Below are positions 9,947 through 18,873 of a stretch of DNA of 64,000 nt, one piece after another. Position 1 is the first letter of the stretch; every line of letters starts with the position of its first letter. The position numbers were made by a program, and so were the translations under genes. This DNA comes from Obrimoposthia wandeli. Lineage: Eukaryota. Under the pieces are notes generated by a model that searched no databases, was not told where the DNA came from, and was given only the letters and a program-made list of their open reading frames with translations. The DNA is taken from positions 1,984,001-2,048,000 of the forward strand of contig CDROCS010000506.1 in assembly GCA_977020255.1 (NCBI GenBank). The letters run 5' to 3'.

Positions 9947-10013
9947 ACTATATGCTAAGTTACTCATTGCTGGAAATGATATATTTACAATACAGTGTTG
10001 CATTTTATGCAAC
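9947..10013 (-). promoter_or_regulatory. ilvC promoter with tandem IlvY operators
   Basis: Palindrome GTTGCA-TTTTA-TGCAAC (9997-10013, LysR T-N11-A), second site ATATATCATTTCCAGCAAT (9966-9984, minus) and TATAGT -10 (9947-9952, minus). Resembles the E. coli O1/O2 layout as I recall it. Confidence 0.75.
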
Positions 10014-10222
10014 GTAACCATTTATCCAATGCGAAATAGGTTAATATCAGCTTTTAAAATAGTGAAACAGAGACTGGGCATACAAATATTTCACAGATCA
10101 AAGTATAAACAGTTTTTTACCCTATTTTAGCGCTAGTCGTTTTTTTGAAAAAAAATATTAGCCGCAATAATAAAGCTAATAATAACAATATATAAACATT
10201 ATACGGTCAGGAAAAAGCCAAT

Positions 10223-11101
10223 ATGGACATTCGCTCACTACAACTTTTTTTACATCTAGCCACGACATTGCACTTTGGTAAAACCGCAGAGGCGATGCAT
10301 GTCAGCACATCGACACTGACGCGCACGATGCAACGATTAGAAGAATCCGTTGGCAGCCAAATTTTTACCCGTGATAATAGATCCGTCGCGTTAACAGAAA
10401 GCGGCAAACGCCTGCGCAGCTTTGCCCAGCAAACCCTCGAAAATTGGACACAACTGAAAGCCGACCTTAGCAGTCACAGCGGCGAACTCGATGGTGAGCT
10501 TAAAATCTTCTGTTCTGTCACCGCTGCATACAGCCATTTGCCGCCTATATTAGACAAATTCCGCTTATTGCACCCAAATGTAGAGCTAAAGCTGATCACC
10601 GGTGATGCCGCCATGGGCATGCAACTCGTTGATGAAGAAAGCATTGATATTGCCATTGCTGCGCATCCAGACCAAATATCTAACCGTTTAAAGTTTGTCG
10701 AGATAGCCAAAGTACCGCTATCTATCATTACCCCTGTGATTTCTTGCCAAGTTCAACAGCAGATCATGCAAGACAATATTGACTGGAATGAAGTGCCATT
10801 TATCCTGCCTGAACACGGCCCCGCGCGTAAGCGTATTGATAAATGGTTTAAGCAGATGAAGATTAAACCGAGTATTTATGCCACGGTGGCTGGTCACGAG
10901 GCCATTGTCAGTATGGTAGCGCTAGGATTAGGCGTCGGTATTGCCCCTGCCGTGGTGGTTGATAACAGCCCCGTTCGCGATCGGGTATTAACCTTTGAGA
11001 ACAGCAATAAAATTGAGCCTTTTGATCTGGGCTTATGCTGTCAGCGTAAACGCTTTGACGAACCAGTGATCACTGAGTTTTTTAGCATGATTAAGCATTA
11101 A
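10223..11101 (+). CDS. ilvY: LysR-type activator of ilvC
   Basis: MDIRSLQLFLHLA..LHFGKTA HTH, FCSVTAAYSHLP, VAGHEAIVSMVALG; divergent from ilvC. Confidence 0.96.
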   Translation: MDIRSLQLFLHLATTLHFGKTAEAMHVSTSTLTRTMQRLEESVGSQIFTRDNRSVALTESGKRLRSFAQQTLENWTQLKADLSSHSGELDGELKIFCSVTAAYSHLPPILDKFRLLHPNVELKLITGDAAMGMQLVDEESIDIAIAAHPDQISNRLKFVEIAKVPLSIITPVISCQVQQQIMQDNIDWNEVPFILPEHGPARKRIDKWFKQMKIKPSIYATVAGHEAIVSMVALGLGVGIAPAVVVDNSPVRDRVLTFENSNKIEPFDLGLCCQRKRFDEPVITEFFSMIKH

Positions 11102-11239
11102 ACCTTCAGCTATGAACCATGATCAGCACCGTTGTCAAAGTTGATGAGGTCAAAATAAAATATGATTAAGACCCGCGGACGAATTCCGCTATAATCGAGC
11201 ACACGCTATTTCCCTCATCATTGTTAATATGGAGTTTTC

Positions 11240-11851
11240 ATGGGATTCAAAAAAATATGTTTGGCAGTACTGGCTACGTTAAGCCTAAGCCAGGCTGCAA
11301 TTGCCAATGAACTACCAGCGCAGTTTTCAACAGTCGGCCTTAACGCACCAGCAGGTCAAGACGTTGATGGTTTCCGCTTTGCCCTATTTCATGGTCAAAC
11401 AGAAACAGTACAAGGTTTTGATATGGCGGTATTGGGTTTATCCGAAGTTGATAAACTTGAAGGTGTCAGTTTCAATTTATTACTGGGCGCGAGTAAAGTA
11501 AATAAAGAATTCTCAGGTGCATCATTCAGTTTATTCAATTGGCATTTAGGCCGTGATACTGGTTTTAACATGGCGTTAGTGAACAATACTAGCCATGTTA
11601 AAGGCGTTAATTTCGCCATGGTCAATTTATCAAAAACCGTAGCAGGCGCTAATATCGGCCTGATAAACTACAGTGAAAAATTATCATTGGTGGATTTTGG
11701 TGTGATGAATTATGCCAAAACAGCAAAATTCCAAATCGGACTGTTTAATATGACCGAAAACTTGCAAGGTTTGCAGATCGGTTTATTAAATTATGCTGAA
11801 AACGGCGTAGTTAAAATATTACCGCTGATCAATTTTCAGCAGTCATTTTAG
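11240..11851 (+). CDS. Secreted/outer-membrane repeat protein (VC2662/LA_2272-like glycine-asparagine repeats)
   Basis: Signal peptide (KK, hydrophobic stretch, AIA), repeated G.(N/Q).(G/A)..N units, C-terminal Phe. Confidence 0.6.
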   Translation: MGFKKICLAVLATLSLSQAAIANELPAQFSTVGLNAPAGQDVDGFRFALFHGQTETVQGFDMAVLGLSEVDKLEGVSFNLLLGASKVNKEFSGASFSLFNWHLGRDTGFNMALVNNTSHVKGVNFAMVNLSKTVAGANIGLINYSEKLSLVDFGVMNYAKTAKFQIGLFNMTENLQGLQIGLLNYAENGVVKILPLINFQQSF

Positions 11852-11944
11852 GTCGATTAATCGATAATTAAAATGCTAGACTAACAACAAGCAACATTAA
11901 CGTCTCATGAAGACGAGTTACATTCAATCGCAATTAGGTGCCGT

Positions 11945-12181
11945 ATGATCAAGCCACAAAAATTAGAAGAAATCGCGAAGCAAATACATGAATCATTACC
12001 AGCGGGTGTAAAAACGTTAGGGTCAGAAGTTGAAAAGAAGATCCATCAAGTATTGCAATCACAACTGAACAAACTTGATCTGGTTAACCGTGAAGAATTT
12101 GAAGTACAAACTAAAGTGTTATTACGCACCCGTGAAAAATTAGCGGCGCTAGAAGCACGTTTAACTGAACTAGAAAAATAG
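11945..12181 (+). CDS. ubiK: Ubiquinone biosynthesis accessory factor
   Basis: [29 protein letters not shown] signature of the YqiC/BMFP family. Confidence 0.9.
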   Translation: MIKPQKLEEIAKQIHESLPAGVKTLGSEVEKKIHQVLQSQLNKLDLVNREEFEVQTKVLLRTREKLAALEARLTELEK

Positions 12182-12280
12182 TTCATCCATCTGATACTGC
12201 TAGCACTGGCTATGATTAACATAATACATGGCTAACAGTATCAGGTATTCCTTTTCTATTACTCTTCGCTAAAGCGTTTC

Positions 12281-13357
12281 CTACTTTTCTATTTTCAGCA
12301 GTAACACATCAACCCAATTGATCTCTTGCTTACGGATCCTTTCATTGGCTATATAATGTAATATTTGTCCAGCATACAACTGTGTATCCATATCAGGGTT
12401 TAATTTAAAACCGCCACCTTTTTCATCATCAGCAATCGCCATCAAGGTCATACCGTATTTCTCGCGCAGTGGCTGAAACACATCTCCGACTGTCATTTCC
12501 GGTATATTGTCTAATGTTAAGCAGTACAAAGTAGCTTCATCTAACGTTGAAAACAGTTGTTCATGCAAAATACTCGCACCAGGTGATTGCATCGTACGCA
12601 CTAAAATCTCAGCGTGACGAGAACTCGCACATTCGACATTAGGGCAATGCGCCCGTAGCAATTCAGCTTTACTTTCTTCATGGAAATAAGCACTAATATG
12701 CGCCTGTTTCGAGGCATGTGATGACGCACTTAATGCCATTGATAACGTCATTTCATCATTCTCACCATCAACAATGATCGAGCTCGCTTGCGCCATGGCA
12801 ATACGACTTAGCTCCTCTTGATCTGTGAACGATTCAAGTTGTGCAAATTCCACATCCAACATATGTGGAAATGGATGGCTCATCTCGCGTTCCACACATA
12901 AAATGATTTTACGTTGATGACGCTTTTTGTCTGCAAGGATCAGCTCTAAAATCCGTTTGGTGCGATGTGCACGCCAACCTAAAATTAAAATATGATCGCT
13001 GTACGTACTAAAATCTTTTTTTCCGTTCATACCTTTCCTTGCTATAGCGACAATGGCTTGCGTGGTTTTACCAATCGCGGCACCAAAAATTAACAACCCA
13101 AATGGGATCTGAATAAGCGCAACAACCAACTGACCAGTAGGTGTACTTGGCGAAAGATCACCAAAACCAACCGTAGAAATCACCACCACGGTATAATAAA
13201 AGAAGGTCAGAGGATCGGTTAATGCAGTTTCATTACTTAACCACAATAGCCCCCAAACGACCGCTAAATAGCTACAAAAAATCAATAATAAATTAACCCA
13301 GCGTAACTCAGCAGTGAGCTTGCGCAAGGCTAAACTAATCAATCTGGATATATACAT
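12281..13357 (-). CDS. Two-TM potassium channel with RCK (TrkA-N) domain
   Basis: TVGFGD selectivity filter between two TM helices, followed by an HILILGW Rossmann-like start. Confidence 0.88.
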   Translation of the reverse strand: MYISRLISLALRKLTAELRWVNLLLIFCSYLAVVWGLLWLSNETALTDPLTFFYYTVVVISTVGFGDLSPSTPTGQLVVALIQIPFGLLIFGAAIGKTTQAIVAIARKGMNGKKDFSTYSDHILILGWRAHRTKRILELILADKKRHQRKIILCVEREMSHPFPHMLDVEFAQLESFTDQEELSRIAMAQASSIIVDGENDEMTLSMALSASSHASKQAHISAYFHEESKAELLRAHCPNVECASSRHAEILVRTMQSPGASILHEQLFSTLDEATLYCLTLDNIPEMTVGDVFQPLREKYGMTLMAIADDEKGGGFKLNPDMDTQLYAGQILHYIANERIRKQEINWVDVLLLKIEK

Positions 13358-13363
13358 ATTCGC

Positions 13364-14230
13364 CTAATTCTTATGGGCAACTAACTGCTGACGAATCATT
13401 TCAGCGGTTGGCACCGGTTGTTCTAATGGGAACAAATGTCCGCCTTCAACTTCAATTGATTTAATGTGTGGCTTCTTACGTAATAAACGAGCCATCGCTT
13501 GTGCTGATAAAGTGTCAGAATTACGCCCTCTTATCACCACTGTATCAGTGGTTAATTTATTAATACTAGACCAAACCCAAGGCACTGTTTGATAAATAGT
13601 GGCTTCCCAATCACGGCTATAACTTAATTTGAAACCGTCATCAGCTTGGTATAAACCTTCCGCCATATAATCAGCTAATACACTGTCAGAAATACCTTTA
13701 AAACCACGGACTTTACGATGGAAATTGAATCCTTGTTGCGGGTCAATAAACGTATCGGGACGCCTTAAAGTCTTTTCCACAAGCGGTAATTTTTTACGTA
13801 AAAAACCAGGTAAGCTACGCATTACCCAAATGAGGTGAGGTTCGAGGATCACAGGGTCGAGCAGAATGAGTTGCTTTACTTTGTCCGGTTCACGTACTGC
13901 ACAAATAATACTGATTAAGCCGCCCATCGAATGACCGACTAGGGTAATAGGTTCTGGCTGCGCAGCGATGAATCGACAGGCATCTTCAATCATTAATCGC
14001 CAATTATCGAAATTTTCAGGCACAGGTAATGGCCATAGTGGGCGCTGATATACAGCACTCACTTTATATTCATCAGTGAGTGGCTGTAGCATCTGCTGAT
14101 ACATAGCAGGAGGGAAACCATTGGCATGGAAAAAGACCAGGTGCTCTCCCTCACCACCGATATGTTTAGCAGGTAAGCCTTCTGCCACATTTCCTTGTGC
14201 TGTTAATTGCGCTGCTATCCATTGCTTCAT
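13364..14230 (-). CDS. Alpha/beta-fold hydrolase
   Basis: HANGF oxyanion motif, GHSMGG nucleophile elbow, C-terminal GGHLFP His. Confidence 0.88.
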   Translation of the reverse strand: MKQWIAAQLTAQGNVAEGLPAKHIGGEGEHLVFFHANGFPPAMYQQMLQPLTDEYKVSAVYQRPLWPLPVPENFDNWRLMIEDACRFIAAQPEPITLVGHSMGGLISIICAVREPDKVKQLILLDPVILEPHLIWVMRSLPGFLRKKLPLVEKTLRRPDTFIDPQQGFNFHRKVRGFKGISDSVLADYMAEGLYQADDGFKLSYSRDWEATIYQTVPWVWSSINKLTTDTVVIRGRNSDTLSAQAMARLLRKKPHIKSIEVEGGHLFPLEQPVPTAEMIRQQLVAHKN

Positions 14231-14251
14231 AACTTACCTATATATTAAAGT

Positions 14252-15094
14252 TTATTCAGGTACTAACCATTCTAAACGGAAAGATGCATCTTTATCTTGC
14301 GCTAACTCTTTCGTTAACCAAGGCAGTAATTCTTCCATTTGTGAGTACAGTTTCCACGGTGGGTTGATCACAACCATACCAGTACCTGTCATGCCACGTT
14401 CGCCAGTATCGCCTTTAACGCATAATTCGATAAGCAGGATTTTTTTAATGCCTGTGCCAACAAAATCACGCAGTAAACGCTCGATCGTACGGCGTTCGAT
14501 CACTGGATACCATAACGCATATGTACCCGTAGAAAAACGACGGTAAGTGCTGGCAATTTCTTGTACAACCTGACGGTACTCAGATTTAATTTCATATGAT
14601 GGATCAAGTAGTACTAGACCACGTTTATTACGGCCAGGTAATAACGCTTTTAGTCCATCGTAAGCATCTTGCTTATATACGCGAGCTTGACGATCGCCAG
14701 CAAACTCTTGCTCTAATAATTTCACATCAGCAGGGTGTAATTCTGTCATTTGCATGCGATCTTGTTCACGTAACAATAATCGTGCAACTAACGGAGAACC
14801 TGGATACTGTTTCAATTTAGAGGTTTTATTTAACTGCTTAATCACATTTAAATAAGGAATTAGCGGCGCAGGTACTTCACCCTGCTGCCAAAGACGAGCG
14901 ATACCATCAACGTATTCCGCTGTTTTTTCAGCGTTGGCACTCGATAAGCTATAACGACCTGCTGCAGAATGGGTATCGTGATAAATAAAAGGTGCATCCT
15001 TTTGTTTTAGCGATTCTAAGATCAGTACTTCAACTGCGTGTTTAAGTACATCTGCAAAGTTGCCAGCGTGAAAGCTGTGGCGGTAGCTCAGCAT
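14252..15094 (-). CDS. rlmJ: 23S rRNA m6A2030 methyltransferase
   Basis: MLSYRHSFHAGNFADVLKH, DTHS.AG.Y, DPSYE, WYP motifs. Confidence 0.96.
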   Translation of the reverse strand: MLSYRHSFHAGNFADVLKHAVEVLILESLKQKDAPFIYHDTHSAAGRYSLSSANAEKTAEYVDGIARLWQQGEVPAPLIPYLNVIKQLNKTSKLKQYPGSPLVARLLLREQDRMQMTELHPADVKLLEQEFAGDRQARVYKQDAYDGLKALLPGRNKRGLVLLDPSYEIKSEYRQVVQEIASTYRRFSTGTYALWYPVIERRTIERLLRDFVGTGIKKILLIELCVKGDTGERGMTGTGMVVINPPWKLYSQMEELLPWLTKELAQDKDASFRLEWLVPE

Positions 15095-15248
15095 AATATT
15101 TTCCAATATAAAAAGAATGAGATTAATGCGCTAAGGGTATCATTGTTTAGTTAAACTAGGCTATTAATTCGCTGACAATGGCGTAAGGGTAAAGGCATTG
15201 ATAATGACTGGAGAAGATAAAGAGGCTCAGCTATAACCCTGACATAAT

Positions 15249-15284
15249 AAAAAGCCACCGAGAATTGCGTAATGCTCGGTGGCT
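15249..15284 (-). terminator. Intrinsic terminator of ilvA
   Basis: AGCCACCGAG/CTCGGTGGCT stem with a U-tract on the minus strand. Confidence 0.75.
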
Positions 15285-15314
15285 GATATAAACCGTCTTA
15301 ATTAATCATTCAAA

Positions 15315-16880
15315 CTAGTGCGCTAAAAAGAACTTATAAGCCGGGTTATTAGTTTCTTCTTTATACTGATAACCTAATTTAACCAAGTAAGCTGAAAACG
15401 CCTTCATTTCACCATCTGGTAATTCAAAACCGGTTAATACACGGCCATAAGCAGCGCCATGATTACGATAATGGAATAAAGTAATGTTCCAGTTCATTCC
15501 CAAGGTTAACAAGAATTTCTGCAGTGCACCTGGATTCTCTGGGAATTCAAAGCTAAATAACCGTTCTTGCAAGGCTTCAGCTGGACGTCCGCCGACCATA
15601 TAACGCACATGCTGTTTGGCCATTTCATCTTCTGACAAATCAACCACTGGGTATTCAGCATCTTCGAGTTGTTTGATCACAGTTGCCAATTCTGATGTGC
15701 CTTGCGGCGTGCGTAAACCAACAAAGATATTCGCCGCTGCACGATTCGAATAACGATAGTTAAACTCCGTCACTGCACGATTACCGATTAACTCACAGAA
15801 TTTTAAGAATGCACCCGGACGCTCTGGAATGGTAACAGCAAGTACCGCTTCTTTTTTCTCACCATACTCACTGCGCTCCGATACATAGCGTAACGAGTGG
15901 AAGTTTACATTAGCACCACTTAAGATCGCGGCCATGTTTTTATCACGTACATTATGTAACTCTGTGTATTTCTTTAAACCAGCCAGTGCTAATGCGCCCG
16001 ACGGTTCTGCAATTGCACGGGTGTCTTCAAAAATATCTTTTAATGACGCGCAAATTTCATCGCTGCTTACGGTAATCACATCATCAATGAATTGATTGCA
16101 CAAACGGAATGTTTCCGCACCGATGCGTTTTACCGCAACACCATCAGCAAAAATGCCTACGCGATCGAGCGTAACAGGTTCACCAGCATCAAGCGCTGCA
16201 CGTAAACAAGCTGAATCTCGAGGTTCGACACCAATGACTTTAATCGAAGGTTTTAGCTGTTTGATATAAACAGCAATACCCGCCGCTAGGCCGCCGCCGC
16301 CAACGGGCACAAAGATATAATCTAAGTGCGCATTTTGCTCAAGCAGTTCACGTGCGATAGTACCTTGTCCCGCGATCACATCCGGATCATCAAATGGCGG
16401 GATCAGCGTATAATCTTCTTCTGCAGATAATTTTTGAGCATGCTTAGAGGCTTCATCAAAACTGTCACCGTGCAAACATACTTCAGCACCAAAGCCGCGC
16501 ACTGCGCTCACTTTAATTTCTGGAGTAATAACCGGCATCACAATAATAGCTTTGATACCGAGTTTTTTCGCTGACATCGCCACACCTTGGGCATGATTGC
16601 CCGCCGAGGCTGCAACAACGCCACGCAATTTTTGTTCTTCAGATAGCTGAACTAATTTATTAAAAGCGCCACGCAGTTTAAATGAATGCACAGGTTGGCG
16701 ATCTTCACGCTTTAGCAAAATGTTATTGCTGAAACGCTGTGAAAGTTTAGTCAGTGGTTGTAATGGGGTAACCACAGCAGCTTCATAGACTGGTGATAAT
16801 AAGATCTTACATAAATAATCATGTGCTGTAAGTAGCGTTTGGTCTTGTTGGGGTTCGTTATTTGTCACTCGATCATCCAT
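15315..16880 (-). CDS. ilvA: Biosynthetic threonine deaminase
   Basis: KREDRQPVHSFKLRGA PLP lysine, SAGNHAQG, two C-terminal ACT-like domains (PERPGAF, FPENPGAL). Start may be the GTG four codons in. Confidence 0.97.
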   Translation of the reverse strand: MDDRVTNNEPQQDQTLLTAHDYLCKILLSPVYEAAVVTPLQPLTKLSQRFSNNILLKREDRQPVHSFKLRGAFNKLVQLSEEQKLRGVVAASAGNHAQGVAMSAKKLGIKAIIVMPVITPEIKVSAVRGFGAEVCLHGDSFDEASKHAQKLSAEEDYTLIPPFDDPDVIAGQGTIARELLEQNAHLDYIFVPVGGGGLAAGIAVYIKQLKPSIKVIGVEPRDSACLRAALDAGEPVTLDRVGIFADGVAVKRIGAETFRLCNQFIDDVITVSSDEICASLKDIFEDTRAIAEPSGALALAGLKKYTELHNVRDKNMAAILSGANVNFHSLRYVSERSEYGEKKEAVLAVTIPERPGAFLKFCELIGNRAVTEFNYRYSNRAAANIFVGLRTPQGTSELATVIKQLEDAEYPVVDLSEDEMAKQHVRYMVGGRPAEALQERLFSFEFPENPGALQKFLLTLGMNWNITLFHYRNHGAAYGRVLTGFELPDGEMKAFSAYLVKLGYQYKEETNNPAYKFFLAH

Positions 16881-16930
16881 TGAAATATAACTGACAAGTT
16901 AACGCTTTGGCATGCCATCGTTAACGCTGC

Positions 16931-16994
16931 TATCTAGCTTAATATCTAGCTTTAATACCTAGAACTATGACTTAGTACTATTACCTAGTTATAA
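16931..16994. repeat. Degenerate 12-14 bp tandem repeat (about 5 units, CTAG-rich) upstream of ilvA
   Basis: TATCTAGCTTAA TATCTAGCTTTAA TACCTAGAACTA TGACTTAGTACTA TTACCTAGTTATAA. Confidence 0.45.
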
Positions 16995-17048
16995 CAACAA
17001 TTGAAACAGATAAAAAGAATTAACGCAGGATAACTTTTAGCAGAAAAT

Positions 17049-17075
17049 AAAAAAGGGAGCATAAGCTCCCTTTTT
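17049..17075. terminator. Bidirectional-looking terminator after the symporter
   Basis: A6-GGGAGC-ATAA-GCTCCC-T5. Confidence 0.8.
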
Positions 17076-17093
17076 CTCATTACCTTTTAGTGA

Positions 17094-18374
17094 TTAAGCT
17101 GTTCTAGCTTCACCTTGAGGTTCTTCAGCGTTAGCAATTGAGATGTCTAACTCGCCTTCAGATTTAGCAACGATAGTATTAACCGCTGTATCACCGATAA
17201 CGTTAGCAGAAGTACAGAACATATCGTTGATACGGTCAACCGCAGCGATGATTGCTAGTGCTTCAACAGGTAGACCCATTTGCGTTAGTAACACACCGAT
17301 CATCACGATACCGCCACCAGGTACACCACCTGCGCCTACTGATAATAGTAGAATAGTTAGACCCATAGTGAACAAGTCAGTCACTTGGATTGGTGTGCCG
17401 TATGCGTTTGCAGCAAATACTGTTGCAATTGAGATGTAGATAGATACACCAGACATGTTCATTGTTGCGCCTAGTGGCACACCGAAACCAGCAACTGTTT
17501 TAGATACACCGATTTTCTCAGTTAGTGTACGCATAGTTACAGGGATAGTTGCGTTTGAGCTCGCTGTAGATAGTGAGAATAGGAACTGCTCACGAATCTG
17601 ACGACGGAACGTAGCTGGACGGATACCTGTAGTTGCCCATACCGCTAGTGGGTATACAACTAAAATCCAAACAATAAGTAACGAAACAACTAGACCTACA
17701 TAGCTTGCTACAGAAGCAAGTGTTGCACCGTCAAGTGTCGCACCTAATTGAATCATTAACGCGAATACACCAAACGGGGCAAAGCTCATGATTAGGCTAA
17801 CAAGTTTCATCATGATGTCATTTGCGATTTGGAATGCATTGATCGCTGGACCACCTTTCTTGTCTAGTGCTTGAATAGCTAGACCAGTGATGATTGCCAT
17901 AAAGATGATTTGTAACATGTCACCAGATGCAAACGCTTCAACAGGGTTGCTTGGTACGATGTTTACAATTAGTTGACCGATATCTGGTGTTTCAGTAGTT
18001 GCTAGTACTACTGCAGTACCACCTAGTTCAGCAAGGTTAGCGCCAACACCTGGTTGTACAATCATTGCAACAATAAGTGCTACTGTAATCGCAACAGCTG
18101 TATTAGCTAGATAAAGGAAGAAAGTTTTGCCACCTAGGCGACCGAAACTTTTGATGTCTTTCAGTTCACATACACCACATACAATAGAGATGAAAACTAA
18201 TGGTACAACCATCAATTTGATTAGTGATACAAACATAGTACCGACTGCAGTAGCTGCGCCGACAAAGTATGTGTCAAGGAACGATCCTGCTCCAAAGCCA
18301 TACTGAACGATTGTACCCAGTAGTAAGCCCACAAACAGGGATATAAATATTTTCGAACTTAGTGATTTATCCAT
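17094..18374 (-). CDS. Dicarboxylate/amino acid:cation symporter (DAACS/SDF family)
   Basis: STASSNATIP (HP1), GATMNMSG (NMDG-like) and AVDRINDM motifs. Confidence 0.92.
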   Translation of the reverse strand: MDKSLSSKIFISLFVGLLLGTIVQYGFGAGSFLDTYFVGAATAVGTMFVSLIKLMVVPLVFISIVCGVCELKDIKSFGRLGGKTFFLYLANTAVAITVALIVAMIVQPGVGANLAELGGTAVVLATTETPDIGQLIVNIVPSNPVEAFASGDMLQIIFMAIITGLAIQALDKKGGPAINAFQIANDIMMKLVSLIMSFAPFGVFALMIQLGATLDGATLASVASYVGLVVSLLIVWILVVYPLAVWATTGIRPATFRRQIREQFLFSLSTASSNATIPVTMRTLTEKIGVSKTVAGFGVPLGATMNMSGVSIYISIATVFAANAYGTPIQVTDLFTMGLTILLLSVGAGGVPGGGIVMIGVLLTQMGLPVEALAIIAAVDRINDMFCTSANVIGDTAVNTIVAKSEGELDISIANAEEPQGEARTA

Positions 18375-18873
18375 AACAAACTCAGCCTTTCAATTATCAT
18401 AGTAGTGTGTGTGTTTTATTTGCTTATATATTATTTTTATATTTTTACAATTCTTTGCACTGCAAGATTTGATGGGTGGAGAGTATTACAACTACATTGT
18501 CTATGGGAAGCAGTTCAATCATCTAGAGCCTGGAAAATTGAGCTCTGTCACATATCCAAGCATTTTTTAACCTTTTACGAGTGTGTAACATCTATATAAT
18601 CATCAATAAAACCCCCTTAAAATTAAGAAACGGCAATTTTTCTGGCTTAAAACCACCAAAAACGCTTATATACTCAAAAGTAGGCATTATATCGATAATG
18701 AGGGAAATATTAAAAACCAGTGATTTTTAACAAATGTAGTGATTTATAGCGTAAATTTAACCTAAGTTACCTTTACGAACCAACAGTGTGGGAAATAACA
18801 GAGGATTGGCATAAGAAGGAAGTCAGAAAGGCACTCAGTAAGGCACTGAGCACCCAAAAAGTAAACTAGGTAA

